Of a stretch of DNA of 64,000 nt, positions 30,269 through 39,374 are shown piece by piece (positions within the stretch are counted from its first letter, which is position 1; every line of letters begins with the position of its first letter). Source of the stretch: Flavobacteriales bacterium (GTDB lineage Bacteria > Bacteroidota > Bacteroidia > Flavobacteriales > CAJXXR01). The position numbers and the translations under genes are program-made. Below the pieces are notes generated by a model. That model searched no databases and was not told the DNA's origin. It saw nothing but the letters and a program-made list of their open reading frames with translations. Location: NCBI GenBank assembly GCA_025210805.1, contig JAOAQX010000029.1, forward strand, positions 12,962 through 76,961, in the 5' to 3' direction.

Positions 30269-31425
30269 TAAGAAGTTTTTTTGTCGTCGGCTAATCGTCT
30301 CATTTGTCTATTGAATCGATTAACTTTCAGTTGGTTATTATTGCCGAAATTTACACCTTTTTTTACTAAAATATTTGGAATGTGTAATAAGGCTAAAGCT
30401 AAAAGTATCATCACAACCAAAAGAATCCAGTTGTCTAAATGGTGTTGTAGAAATAGGATAATGATAAAATAAGCCATTGAGTAAATTAAATACAAAATGG
30501 TGGCTTGAAAGTGGGATAATCCCAATTCTAAAAGTTTATGATGCGTATGCCACTTATCAGCAGAAAAAGGCGATCTTCCATCTAAGATTCTTAAAGTAAA
30601 TACCCTAAGTGTATCAATAAATGGAATAATTAAAACAGCTATAGAAATGGCAGGTGGCTCTACGACTTCAAGTAGCCCTTTATCTGGTAGGTGAATTTCA
30701 TTAAATCTTACCGCCAAAACACTCAAAACGAATCCTACAATAAGAGATCCAGTATCTCCCATGTATATCTTATTCTTTTTCCCAAAAACATTGTAAATAA
30801 AGAAAGAAAATAAAGAACCTGCAAGTGCTAAGCCTACCAAAGCCATTTCATAATCATCATTTAAATAGAAAAGCAAAGCAAATAATAGAGAGGAAACGAC
30901 ACCTGTACCAGAGCAGAGTCCATCGATTCCGTCGATAAGGTTTAAAGAGTTTGTTAAGACTGTAATCCCAAAGATGGATAAAGGTAAACTAATCCAATAA
31001 TTGATTTCGTGCAAACCAAAAAGACCATGTAGCGTATTGAATCTTACATCGGCAAAAACCACAAGAATGGTGGCTGTTACCAGTTGTCCTATTAATTTTG
31101 ATTTTGGAGAAATGTAGAGAATGTCATCTTTGAGTCCCACAAAAAGGATGATGACCATGGCTACAACAATATATCGCAGTTGAATAAACTCCATATTATA
31201 GGATGCAATAACAACAGCGATAATAAACCCAAGAAAAATAGCCATTCCACCAAGGGTAGGAACAACACGAGTATTGAGTTTTCTTTTTCCATCAGGAACA
31301 TCGTATAGGTTCTTGAGCTTTGCAACACGTATAATGGGAGGGATGGTGTAATAAGAAACAACTGCCGCCAAAATGAATGCCAGTACAAATGGGAAATAAT
31401 GATATATTAAGTACGGTTCTAACAT
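30268..31425 (-). CDS. Undecaprenyl-phosphate sugar-1-phosphate transferase (MraY/WecA family, GT4 polyprenyl-phosphate transferase)
   Basis: 385 aa with about 10-11 TM segments. Motifs NLIDGIDGL and MGDTGSL are typical of the MraY/WecA family. Confidence 0.8.
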   Translation of the reverse strand: MLEPYLIYHYFPFVLAFILAAVVSYYTIPPIIRVAKLKNLYDVPDGKRKLNTRVVPTLGGMAIFLGFIIAVVIASYNMEFIQLRYIVVAMVIILFVGLKDDILYISPKSKLIGQLVTATILVVFADVRFNTLHGLFGLHEINYWISLPLSIFGITVLTNSLNLIDGIDGLCSGTGVVSSLLFALLFYLNDDYEMALVGLALAGSLFSFFIYNVFGKKNKIYMGDTGSLIVGFVLSVLAVRFNEIHLPDKGLLEVVEPPAISIAVLIIPFIDTLRVFTLRILDGRSPFSADKWHTHHKLLELGLSHFQATILYLIYSMAYFIIILFLQHHLDNWILLVVMILLALALLHIPNILVKKGVNFGNNNQLKVNRFNRQMRRLADDKKTS

Positions 31426-31435
31426 AGTTTAAAAG

Positions 31436-32554
31436 TCATATATAACGAAAGTACAATTCTAAATGCGTTTTTACAACCTTTTTTATAGAAAAATTATTTT
31501 CGGCGAATTTCCTTGAATTTATTGACATTTGCTCAGCCAATTCTTTATTTTCTACAATTTTTTCGATGGCTGTTGCTAATTCTGTGATTGACTGTACAGG
31601 AACGATACTTCCATTGTAATTTTCAATGACACATTCACGGCAACCATTAGTGTCTGTGGTTACCAAAGGTCGCCCTATGGCAGAAGCATCTATTAGAGAT
31701 TTCGGAAGTCCTTCTCGGTAAGAGGGCAAAACAGTGATATAGCTTTTTTGTAATAAGGTTTTGATGTCCTTTTGGAATCCAACCCATTCAAAATAGTTGG
31801 GAATATTCCAGCTTTCTATTTCCTCTTTTGAGATCGCTGAGGGATTTCCATCATCTAGCTTTCCAGCTAAAATAAATTTTATTTTTCCTTCCCATTTTTC
31901 CTGAAGTATATTAGCCGCTTTTTTAAATTCTTTTATTCCTTTATCAAAGAGCATTCGGGCAGGTAGAACCAATAATTTTGGATTGGTTGTGGGTAGTGGC
32001 GTATATGAAAAATCATCTAAATTTACCCCCGAACCTTTGATGATGGTAGTCTCCACATTATGTAGAAGTCCATAAGATTTCATTTGTTCAAGATCATCGG
32101 GGTTTTGAAAAATAACATGCGTTTGTTTTTTGTTTCCCCAACCAAAACTGAGTAATTTAAGGAGCATTTTGGCTACTTTGCTCTGTCTTCCCGAAGTAAA
32201 AAGATATCCCATACCACTCACGGCATTTATTTGTGGAACGTTTCTGAGTCTTGCACAAACAGCACCATAAACTACGGCTTTTGGTGTAATATGATGAGAA
32301 ATATCGGGTTTTACTTTTTTGAAAAGCTTATAAAATGCCCATAAGGTATTTAGCTCAGTAAACGGATCTGTACTGGCTCTTTCTATTGGTAATTCATGGA
32401 AAATAATCCCATGAGATTCAATTTCAGCTTTTCTACCTGTATTAATGGTTCCAATATGGACTTCAATTCCTTGGGAAATAGCTTCTTTGGCTATCGGAAG
32501 TCTGTGAGAAAGGAAAAACCAATCGGAGTTTACGAGTATTAATAGTTTTTTCAT
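31436..32554 (-). CDS. Glycosyltransferase family 4 (GT-B fold)
   Basis: 372 aa. The C-terminal region SYREGLPKSLIDASAIGRPLVTTD matches the EX7E-type GT4 motif region. Start overlaps the AsnB-like stop (ATGA). Confidence 0.75.
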   Translation of the reverse strand: MKKLLILVNSDWFFLSHRLPIAKEAISQGIEVHIGTINTGRKAEIESHGIIFHELPIERASTDPFTELNTLWAFYKLFKKVKPDISHHITPKAVVYGAVCARLRNVPQINAVSGMGYLFTSGRQSKVAKMLLKLLSFGWGNKKQTHVIFQNPDDLEQMKSYGLLHNVETTIIKGSGVNLDDFSYTPLPTTNPKLLVLPARMLFDKGIKEFKKAANILQEKWEGKIKFILAGKLDDGNPSAISKEEIESWNIPNYFEWVGFQKDIKTLLQKSYITVLPSYREGLPKSLIDASAIGRPLVTTDTNGCRECVIENYNGSIVPVQSITELATAIEKIVENKELAEQMSINSRKFAENNFSIKKVVKTHLELYFRYI

Positions 32555-34389
32555 TTTTTATAATGATGAGTATGCCATACTTCTAAAACAAAAAGCAAAT
32601 AAAGAATTTTGGTTCTTCGTTCTTCTGAAAGTTTTAATTTTCTATGGTAAATTTTTAAAAATGTATCTTTTTTTATGAAATTGAGGAAATAAGCATCCTC
32701 TTTGAGTAAATAGCTGTCAATTTTATTTTTTAGAACCCCATTTACCCAATCCTTTAAAGGAATTTCGAAACCTCTTTTGGGTTGGTTAATGAGTTCTTCT
32801 GGTAAGTATTTTTTTGCAAGTTCTCTTAAAATATGCTTTGTTGTTTTTCCATTCACTTTGTAGTGATCAGGAAGGGTAGGAGCTATTTCTAAAAGTTCTT
32901 TCCCCAAAAAAGGGCTTCTTCCTTCAAGAGAATGAGCCATGGTGGCAATATCCATTTTGACCAAAAGATCTCCAAACAGAGGACCAATAAAATCAAGTTC
33001 CATGATTTTGTCTAAGCCAGAAACTTTTTCTTTGGCTATTTTTTGAAAATCATCTTCTAGGTTCTGGTTTAAAGGTTTTTTAATGAAAACATCCTCAATT
33101 CCTGGAAACAAATCATAAGTAGAAGCTAGATACACATCTTTTTGATTTTGAGAAATGAGGTTCAAAAGACGATAAAAGTAATTGTACAAGCTTTTCTTAT
33201 TATGAGAAACAGGCAAAAGGGTTTTCAGTCCTTTGGTTAAAGATTTAATGGGTTTTGGAGTATTAAAGAAGTCATATTTCGCAAAAGGAACAAAACGACG
33301 ATACCCTCCAAAAAGTTCGTCGGCTCCATCTCCATTGAGCACTACAGTTACGTGTTTTTTTGCTTCTCGTGAAACATAATAACTAGGAATTGCTGAAGAG
33401 TCAAAGAAAGGTAAGCCGTATTGAAGAATGATTTTTTCGATATCTTTTTCAAGATCATCAAAGGAAATACGGATAGTAGTATGGTCTGTTCCATATTTTT
33501 GGGCGACTAACTCTGCTAAAGAGCTTTCGTCAAAAGTGCCATCAAATGCTACTGTAAAAGTTCTTAAAGTAGGACTAAATTCTGAAGCAATGGCGGTGAT
33601 TAATCCACTGTCTATTCCACCGCTCAAAAAAGCGGCAACTTCCAAATCTGATGAATCAACTCGTCTTTTTATCGCTTGGCGAAGTTTTTCATCTACTTGG
33701 TTTAGCGCTTCTTCAAAACTGAGTGTTTTTTCCGATATTAAATAATAGGGATGAATATCCCACCAAGTGCTTTTTTGGTAGGTTTTGGACTGGATATCAT
33801 ATTCCAAAACCTGTCCACCTTCTAAGCATTCTACTCCTTGGTAGGGTGACGCATTTCTATAGAAAAATCCTAGTTCCAAGAAATTATTGATTGCTTCTTG
33901 ATCTATTTCAAATCCTACAGCAGCCTGAAGGGCATTGAGTTCACTAGAATAGGCAAATCCTTTTTCTGTTTGCGTATAAAATATTGGTTTTTTTCCTGCT
34001 CGATCTCTAATGAGGTACAGCTTTTTAGCTTCCTCATCATAAAGTGCGATGGCAAACATACCGTCAAATTCTTCCAGCATTTTGAGTCCCATTTTTTGAT
34101 ACATCAAAAGAATGGTTTCTGTGTCAGAATGTGTTTGACCTTGTAGATTATATTTTTCTCTTAACTCTAGGTGGTTGTAAATTTCTCCGTTCCATATCAA
34201 ATGCATTTTTCCCAATGAAAAAGGTTGTTTTCCACCTGCAAGATCTACGATAGAAAGTCTAAAATGATACAAAAAGACTTCAGAGTTTTCCATGTATTCT
34301 TGGGCATCTGGTCCACGATGTAGCATTTGTTTTTTAACCTCGTTTTTGTCGATATTATTGAGGTGTACGGTTCCAAAGATTCCACACAT
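32551..34389 (-). CDS. Asparagine synthase (glutamine-hydrolysing) family amidotransferase
   Basis: N-terminal MCGIFG Ntn-amidotransferase nucleophile and the PP-loop SGGIDSG. Confidence 0.85.
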   Translation of the reverse strand: MCGIFGTVHLNNIDKNEVKKQMLHRGPDAQEYMENSEVFLYHFRLSIVDLAGGKQPFSLGKMHLIWNGEIYNHLELREKYNLQGQTHSDTETILLMYQKMGLKMLEEFDGMFAIALYDEEAKKLYLIRDRAGKKPIFYTQTEKGFAYSSELNALQAAVGFEIDQEAINNFLELGFFYRNASPYQGVECLEGGQVLEYDIQSKTYQKSTWWDIHPYYLISEKTLSFEEALNQVDEKLRQAIKRRVDSSDLEVAAFLSGGIDSGLITAIASEFSPTLRTFTVAFDGTFDESSLAELVAQKYGTDHTTIRISFDDLEKDIEKIILQYGLPFFDSSAIPSYYVSREAKKHVTVVLNGDGADELFGGYRRFVPFAKYDFFNTPKPIKSLTKGLKTLLPVSHNKKSLYNYFYRLLNLISQNQKDVYLASTYDLFPGIEDVFIKKPLNQNLEDDFQKIAKEKVSGLDKIMELDFIGPLFGDLLVKMDIATMAHSLEGRSPFLGKELLEIAPTLPDHYKVNGKTTKHILRELAKKYLPEELINQPKRGFEIPLKDWVNGVLKNKIDSYLLKEDAYFLNFIKKDTFLKIYHRKLKLSEERRTKILYLLFVLEVWHTHHYKK

Positions 34390-34392
34390 AGT

Positions 34393-35409
34393 CTATTTTC
34401 CTTTAAATTTATGAAACATTGAAAGAGCAAAATTTAGAATGGGAAATCCGAACCAAAAGAGTCGGTAATACATTCTTTGCGCTTGAGAACGATCTTGCCA
34501 AAAAGTACGGTCTTGATATCCCGCTTTTTTGATATCTTTCCAAGTGATGTTTTTTTCTTTGTAGTATTCTTTTATGGTATCGAAAGCTTGTTTTCGATCT
34601 TCGTTTTTAGCTAAGTATCCACAATTTATAGAAAGACTAAAGAAATTATGATTAATCAAAAAATCTTTTTCGAAAGCTCTAAATTGATTTCTTTGAAATT
34701 GATTAATATCATCTGAAACCAATTGGGTAACCTTGAGATAATCTAACCCTTTCAGCTTAAAAGTTTGTGTAATGGCACCAGCTCTCACGATATAATGATA
34801 AGGTGCTTTTCTTAAAAAGGCAATTCTTTTTGACCTAAAAAACAACCTTGGAAAGGTGGCAATATCCTCAAAAAGAAGCCCTAATGGGAAATGGATATCA
34901 TTGGTCTTAAATAGTTGCATTTCGAAAAGTTTGTTGCAAGCAAAACAGCTTAAACTTGTGTAGGCATCAGCAAATTCTTTGGTATCAATAACATCAGGAT
35001 ATGCAGTTCCTTGTTTAAGAATTGTTTTACTTTCTCCGCTTTCCCAGTCTGTACTTAGGTTACAAATGGCTATTTGGGCATCATTTTCGGTAGCTGTTTT
35101 CACTAGATCTTCGATCATCGTTTCATCTATCCAGTCATCTGAATCTATAAAAGCCAAATAATCTCCTGTAGCTTTTTCTATTCCTGTATTTCTGGCGGAA
35201 GAAAGTCCTCCATTTTCTTTATTGATACAGAGAAAACGATCATCTATTTTTAGAAATTGATTAATGATTTTTTGTGAATTGTCTGGACTTCCATCATTCA
35301 CAATGATGATTTCTAGATTTTTATAGCTTTGGTTTTGAATAGAAATAAGACACTTTTCTATATATTTTTCAACATTATATACAGGTACTATTATACTGAC
35401 CAGTTTCAT
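34393..35409 (-). CDS. Glycosyltransferase family 2
   Basis: VSIIVPVYNVEKYIEKC, NDGSPDNS and the DSDD (DxD) motif. Confidence 0.8.
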   Translation of the reverse strand: MKLVSIIVPVYNVEKYIEKCLISIQNQSYKNLEIIIVNDGSPDNSQKIINQFLKIDDRFLCINKENGGLSSARNTGIEKATGDYLAFIDSDDWIDETMIEDLVKTATENDAQIAICNLSTDWESGESKTILKQGTAYPDVIDTKEFADAYTSLSCFACNKLFEMQLFKTNDIHFPLGLLFEDIATFPRLFFRSKRIAFLRKAPYHYIVRAGAITQTFKLKGLDYLKVTQLVSDDINQFQRNQFRAFEKDFLINHNFFSLSINCGYLAKNEDRKQAFDTIKEYYKEKNITWKDIKKAGYQDRTFWQDRSQAQRMYYRLFWFGFPILNFALSMFHKFKGK

Positions 35410-35478
35410 ATTTTATCTATCATTTTCGAATCAGAGCAAATATACAACGGCAAATGGATTATTAGGCATTGGGAGGCA

Positions 35479-35508
35479 TAAAAAAAGGCAGGTTTCTACA
35501 ACCTGCCT
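35479..35508 (-). terminator. Rho-independent terminator after the Lys/Cys-rich protein gene
   Basis: aggcaggtt tctac aacctgcct. On the minus strand it is followed by a U-run. Confidence 0.8.
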
Positions 35509-35569
35509 ATAATTTTTAAGTCTTATACCTTTTTTGGTGTTCAATGACCAAGTTGGTATTAAAAAGAAG

Positions 35570-35950
35570 TTATGCTTTTCCTTTGCAAGATTTCTTTTCT
35601 CCTTTACAAGATTTTTTAGATTTGCAAGACTTTTTTGCTACATCAGCTTGTGCAGTAGTTTTACATGAAGTCTTTTTTCCTTTGCAAGCTTTTTTAGATG
35701 AACATTTTTTTGCTTCAGCAGTAGTCTTTTTTCCATGACAAGCTTTTTTATCTGCATGAGCATGTGCTTCTTTAGAAGCACAAGATTTCTTTTCTGCTTT
35801 TTTTGAACAACAAGACTTCTTTGATGCACATTTTTTCTTTTCTGAAACTTCTGTTTTTGCCTTGGTAGTTGTGCCTTCAACAGTTTGAGCATTTGCTGCT
35901 ATTCCTAGACCTGCTGAAAGTGCAAGTGTTAATAAAATTTTCTTAAACAT
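35570..35950 (-). CDS. Secreted Lys/Cys-rich low-complexity protein (126 aa)
   Basis: Sec signal peptide ending ANA-QT. The mature part has 11 Cys, almost all in KK-x(0-2)-C contexts. About one third of residues are Lys, there is an AHAHA/CHG His patch, and there are no aromatic residues. The gene has its own TAAATTTG -7 box (35978-35985, minus strand) and its own terminator. Confidence 0.7.
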   Translation of the reverse strand: MFKKILLTLALSAGLGIAANAQTVEGTTTKAKTEVSEKKKCASKKSCCSKKAEKKSCASKEAHAHADKKACHGKKTTAEAKKCSSKKACKGKKTSCKTTAQADVAKKSCKSKKSCKGEKKSCKGKA

Positions 35951-36061
35951 AGTTAGTTCGTTTTATAGTAATTATAACAAATTTACCCATTTGTGTTAGA
36001 ATGTGTAGGTTGTTTATGATTTTTACTGTATTGGTTTTTGTTAAAATTGGTAATGATCAAT

Positions 36062-36088
36062 AAAAAAGCCACCCGAAAATCGGATGGC
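36062..36088 (-). terminator. Rho-independent terminator after the POT transporter gene
   Basis: The minus strand reads gccatccga tttt cgggtggc followed by a U-run. Confidence 0.7.
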
Positions 36089-36114
36089 ATTATAGACTAT
36101 TCGCTTACATAAAG

Positions 36115-37908
36115 TTATTTTACTCCATGCATCAATTTTTTTAGTAATGGGTTCAAGGCTATTACAATCAAACCAGCAAGTGCAGGTACAATAGTAAAGA
36201 TAAGGAAGAACACACTCAATGAATATTCTTTGGTAATATGTTCAATTTGTCCCCCAGCTACTGCGGCTAGTTTGTTTCCAATGGCAATTGCCAGATACCA
36301 CATTCCAAACATAAAGGCAATCATCCTTGGCGGTACCAGCTTAGATACATAAGAAAGACCTACTGGTGATAAACAAAGCTCACCCAATGTATGGAACAAA
36401 TAAGCTAAGATTAGCCATATCATCGATACTTTCATTCCTGGTTCTAGTCCGTGAGATCCCCAAGCAAGTAATCCGAAACCTACAGCCATAATTATCAAAC
36501 CTAAACCATATTTTACAGCGGCAGATGGATTGTATTTAGACTCCCACCATTTTGAGAATACATTAGCAAAAGCAATGATAAAGAAAGAGTTTAGGATAGA
36601 AAACCATGATACAGCAATTGTCGCTGATTCTTCTGCAAAATCTCTTTGAAGCATCCAGATGGCTACTGCCCAAACACCCAAGAAGGTTATGATTAGGATA
36701 ATGTTTGAAGCAGGAATTTTTTTCCAAGTCTTTTTACCTAAAAGGAATAAGACATAAGAAATTAACAATAATGGAACTATTGTAAGAAGAGTATTTATAA
36801 TTTTAAAAGTCATGGCTGCATTACCAGAGAGAGTTCTGTTTACCGAATCTCTTGCAAAAAGAACTAATGAAGATGCTCCTTGCTCAAAGGACAGCCAGAA
36901 GAAAACGGTAAAGAATGCGAAGATAATTACTGCAATCATTCGGTCTCTAACAATGGCAGTGTATCTTGTAAGTCTTGAGATTACTAAAAATAGAAAAGCT
37001 ACTAGCCCAATAAGTGCCATCACATATTGTCCTTCCAAAGTTTCTGTAGAGGCAAACCCGAACAAGTCAATCTTTGCAATCTTAGATAAAGGGTCGTTTA
37101 TGGCATAACCTAATCCAATAATAGATGAAAAAACAATGAGAATTTTATCCACTAAGGTAAAAGGATTTTGTCCCTTTTCTTCAGTTTCTTGATCCATTTT
37201 TTCAATTTCAAAATCCTCTGATTTTTCATTGATTCCTTGTTCTGGTTCTACTTCATAAACCTTTGAAGGTACATCGCCTATTTTTCCGAAAAGAGGTTTG
37301 GCAAGCCAGAATTGGAGTGTTCCAAGCAACATAAAAATACCTGCAAGTCCAAAACCATAAGACCAACCTATTTTTTCACCAAGGTATCCACAAAGCATCA
37401 TTCCGAAGAAAGCACCTGCGTTTACACCCATATAGAAAATGGTATATGCTCCATCTTTTTTCTCAGGAACTTCTTTATACATTTCAGAAAGAATGGAGGT
37501 CATATTAGGTTTAAAGAAACCTGTTCCAATGACCAAAAGACCAAGACCAATATACACCCAAAGCGGTGTTTCTATAGCCATAGCAACGTGACCGAGGGTC
37601 ATTATAATAGATCCAATAACTACAGCCCAACGATACCCTGTAAGTTTATCAGCAATAACTCCACCTACAATAGGGGTGAGGTAGAGCAACATGGCATAGG
37701 TTCCAAAAACAGCGGTTGCATGCTCAATAGGCATTCCGAAACCTGGATTGGAAGCATCTATGGCTGCCGTTAAAAATATTACTAAAAGGATTCTCATTCC
37801 GTAGAAAGAGAAACGTTCCCACATCTCTGTAAAAAATAATACAAAAAGTCCTGCAGGATGTCCTAAGACATTACTATCAAAAAAATTCGGCTTTGTAGTT
37901 GAATTCAT
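36115..37908 (-). CDS. Proton-dependent oligopeptide transporter (POT/PTR2 family, MFS)
   Basis: 597 aa. PTR2 signature region ERFSFYGMRILLVIFL and a FYMGVNAGAF motif, with a central hydrophilic insert. Confidence 0.85.
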   Translation of the reverse strand: MNSTTKPNFFDSNVLGHPAGLFVLFFTEMWERFSFYGMRILLVIFLTAAIDASNPGFGMPIEHATAVFGTYAMLLYLTPIVGGVIADKLTGYRWAVVIGSIIMTLGHVAMAIETPLWVYIGLGLLVIGTGFFKPNMTSILSEMYKEVPEKKDGAYTIFYMGVNAGAFFGMMLCGYLGEKIGWSYGFGLAGIFMLLGTLQFWLAKPLFGKIGDVPSKVYEVEPEQGINEKSEDFEIEKMDQETEEKGQNPFTLVDKILIVFSSIIGLGYAINDPLSKIAKIDLFGFASTETLEGQYVMALIGLVAFLFLVISRLTRYTAIVRDRMIAVIIFAFFTVFFWLSFEQGASSLVLFARDSVNRTLSGNAAMTFKIINTLLTIVPLLLISYVLFLLGKKTWKKIPASNIILIITFLGVWAVAIWMLQRDFAEESATIAVSWFSILNSFFIIAFANVFSKWWESKYNPSAAVKYGLGLIIMAVGFGLLAWGSHGLEPGMKVSMIWLILAYLFHTLGELCLSPVGLSYVSKLVPPRMIAFMFGMWYLAIAIGNKLAAVAGGQIEHITKEYSLSVFFLIFTIVPALAGLIVIALNPLLKKLMHGVK

Positions 37909-38098
37909 AAATTATTTTTAAAAATTTTAACCTACGCAAGATAAGAAAAAGACCTTTAAATCGCAATGTTTTTGATAGATGAAATGGGTTCTCGATAAAA
38001 ATTTTCTTTCGTTACTCTACAGAAAATTCACTCGAACTGACATACTCGATGAAAATTAGAATTTTATTGAGAATGCCCTTATAGTGATTTGTATAAAT

Positions 38099-38135
38099 AA
38101 AAAAATAGAAAGTACCTAGGTACTTTCTATTTTTT
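38099..38135 (-). terminator. Bidirectional terminator (perfect 26-nt palindrome)
   Basis: atagaaagtacctaggtactttctat (38105-38130) is flanked by an A-run and a T-run. It closes the minus-strand gldF/G operon. Confidence 0.8.
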
Positions 38136-38155
38136 AAAAACTCATTTTTGAGGTA

Positions 38156-38350
38156 TTAAGCGTTTTTACACTTTTGTTCTGGGTCTGCACCACAGAAACT
38201 ACAACTTTCACCTTCTTTGTTAAGGTGTGGATTCTGTGAAGCACAGGTTCCTGAAAATTTTCCATCTTTTTTTACCAATAACTTGATTCCTATTCCGGCA
38301 AATGCCATTCCTAAAAATAAGATAGTAATAAGTACAACAGCTCCTGACAT
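38156..38350 (-). CDS. Small single-pass membrane protein with 4-Cys tail (possibly NqrM/DUF539-like)
   Basis: 64 aa. An N-terminal TM helix is followed by KKDGKFSGTCASQNPHLNKEGESCSFCGADPEQKC. The layout (TM, basic patch, 4 Cys) resembles NqrM, but I cannot confirm the family. Confidence 0.4.
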   Translation of the reverse strand: MSGAVVLITILFLGMAFAGIGIKLLVKKDGKFSGTCASQNPHLNKEGESCSFCGADPEQKCKNA

Positions 38351-38374
38351 AATGATTAATTTATCTAGACAAAA

Positions 38375-39358
38375 TTACTTAAAATCTCCCACTTTTTTAA
38401 GTAACTTATCAAACACATATAATTGTATGATAAAGTATGACTCACCATCGGTTGCATAGAATCGTTCTCTGTCATCTACTTGGTAAAAACCTCTACCGTC
38501 ATCAGTTTTTTTCAAATTACTTTTTTCAAAAGCGGTGATTGTTTTTTTTGTTCCATCCTTAGTGAGAATACTCAAGTCAAAGGCTTTTGGCATATTCATT
38601 ATTTGGCTGGGTTGTACAGGATCCATTTCGTGAATATAACCTTCGCAGGCAATCTTTTTAAAACTCCCGATATACATTCCAAGTTTAGTAGTATTTCCTT
38701 CTTTCTTGTCTCCCAAAAGATTTTTAAGAATTGGCTTATCGTTTGAATTATCTATGATAAAACTGGCGTTTTTTTCTTTGTGATACTCCATTTTTATTTC
38801 TGCAATATCATTTCCAGGGAAATCCAATATTCTTTTTGATCTCCACATTTTTTCGTTTGTAAAAAATCTTCCGCTTAGGAAACCATCATGTCCTGGGATA
38901 AATACAGCCCAAGGTTCTTTTGCTCCTTCTATCATCATAAAAGTTCCCTTTTGATTTGGAGTATCTTTCCCAATATAAATGGATTTGAGTTTTTTGTTTT
39001 TGATATATACATCCACTTTTACGGCACTTGTAACCATTTGTTTTAAAACACCATCCATTTGATTTTTAGGAACAGGATGTTTTACTTGCATTTTATTCAA
39101 TGTCTCCAAAAGGTTTCCAACAATATTTCTATTGGCAATATATTTTCCATTTAGTTTCCAGCTTTTTGTATCGATTTTTTCAAGCGTAGCCACATTGGGC
39201 GTTTTTGAGGTAATGACAATTTTATCTACTTGATCAATATTTGCAATGGAGAAATCATATCGATCGATTCTTGAAGTATCGCCATCTCTTTTAATGAGGT
39301 AGAATATTACAAAAGCTCCAATAAGAATAAGGAGAAGGATTAATAAGTTTTTTTTCAT
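38375..39358 (-). CDS. DUF4340-like protein, N-terminally anchored
   Basis: 327 aa with an N-terminal TM/signal anchor. Its position immediately downstream of gldG is typical for DUF4340 proteins. Confidence 0.5.
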   Translation of the reverse strand: MKKNLLILLLILIGAFVIFYLIKRDGDTSRIDRYDFSIANIDQVDKIVITSKTPNVATLEKIDTKSWKLNGKYIANRNIVGNLLETLNKMQVKHPVPKNQMDGVLKQMVTSAVKVDVYIKNKKLKSIYIGKDTPNQKGTFMMIEGAKEPWAVFIPGHDGFLSGRFFTNEKMWRSKRILDFPGNDIAEIKMEYHKEKNASFIIDNSNDKPILKNLLGDKKEGNTTKLGMYIGSFKKIACEGYIHEMDPVQPSQIMNMPKAFDLSILTKDGTKKTITAFEKSNLKKTDDGRGFYQVDDRERFYATDGESYFIIQLYVFDKLLKKVGDFK

Positions 39359-39374
39359 CTTTTCGGTTGGGTGT

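Noticed and set aside
35544-35892. ORFs 35544-35738 (+) and 35638-35892 (-) overlapping the Lys/Cys-rich gene
   Set aside because: These are alternative frames of the same repetitive DNA. Only the 35570-35950 frame has a signal peptide, a -7 box at the right distance and a terminator. The coding frame still deserves experimental confirmation.
36812-37773. Plus-strand ORFs 36812-37108 and 37312-37773
   Set aside because: Antisense to the POT transporter gene; shadow ORFs.
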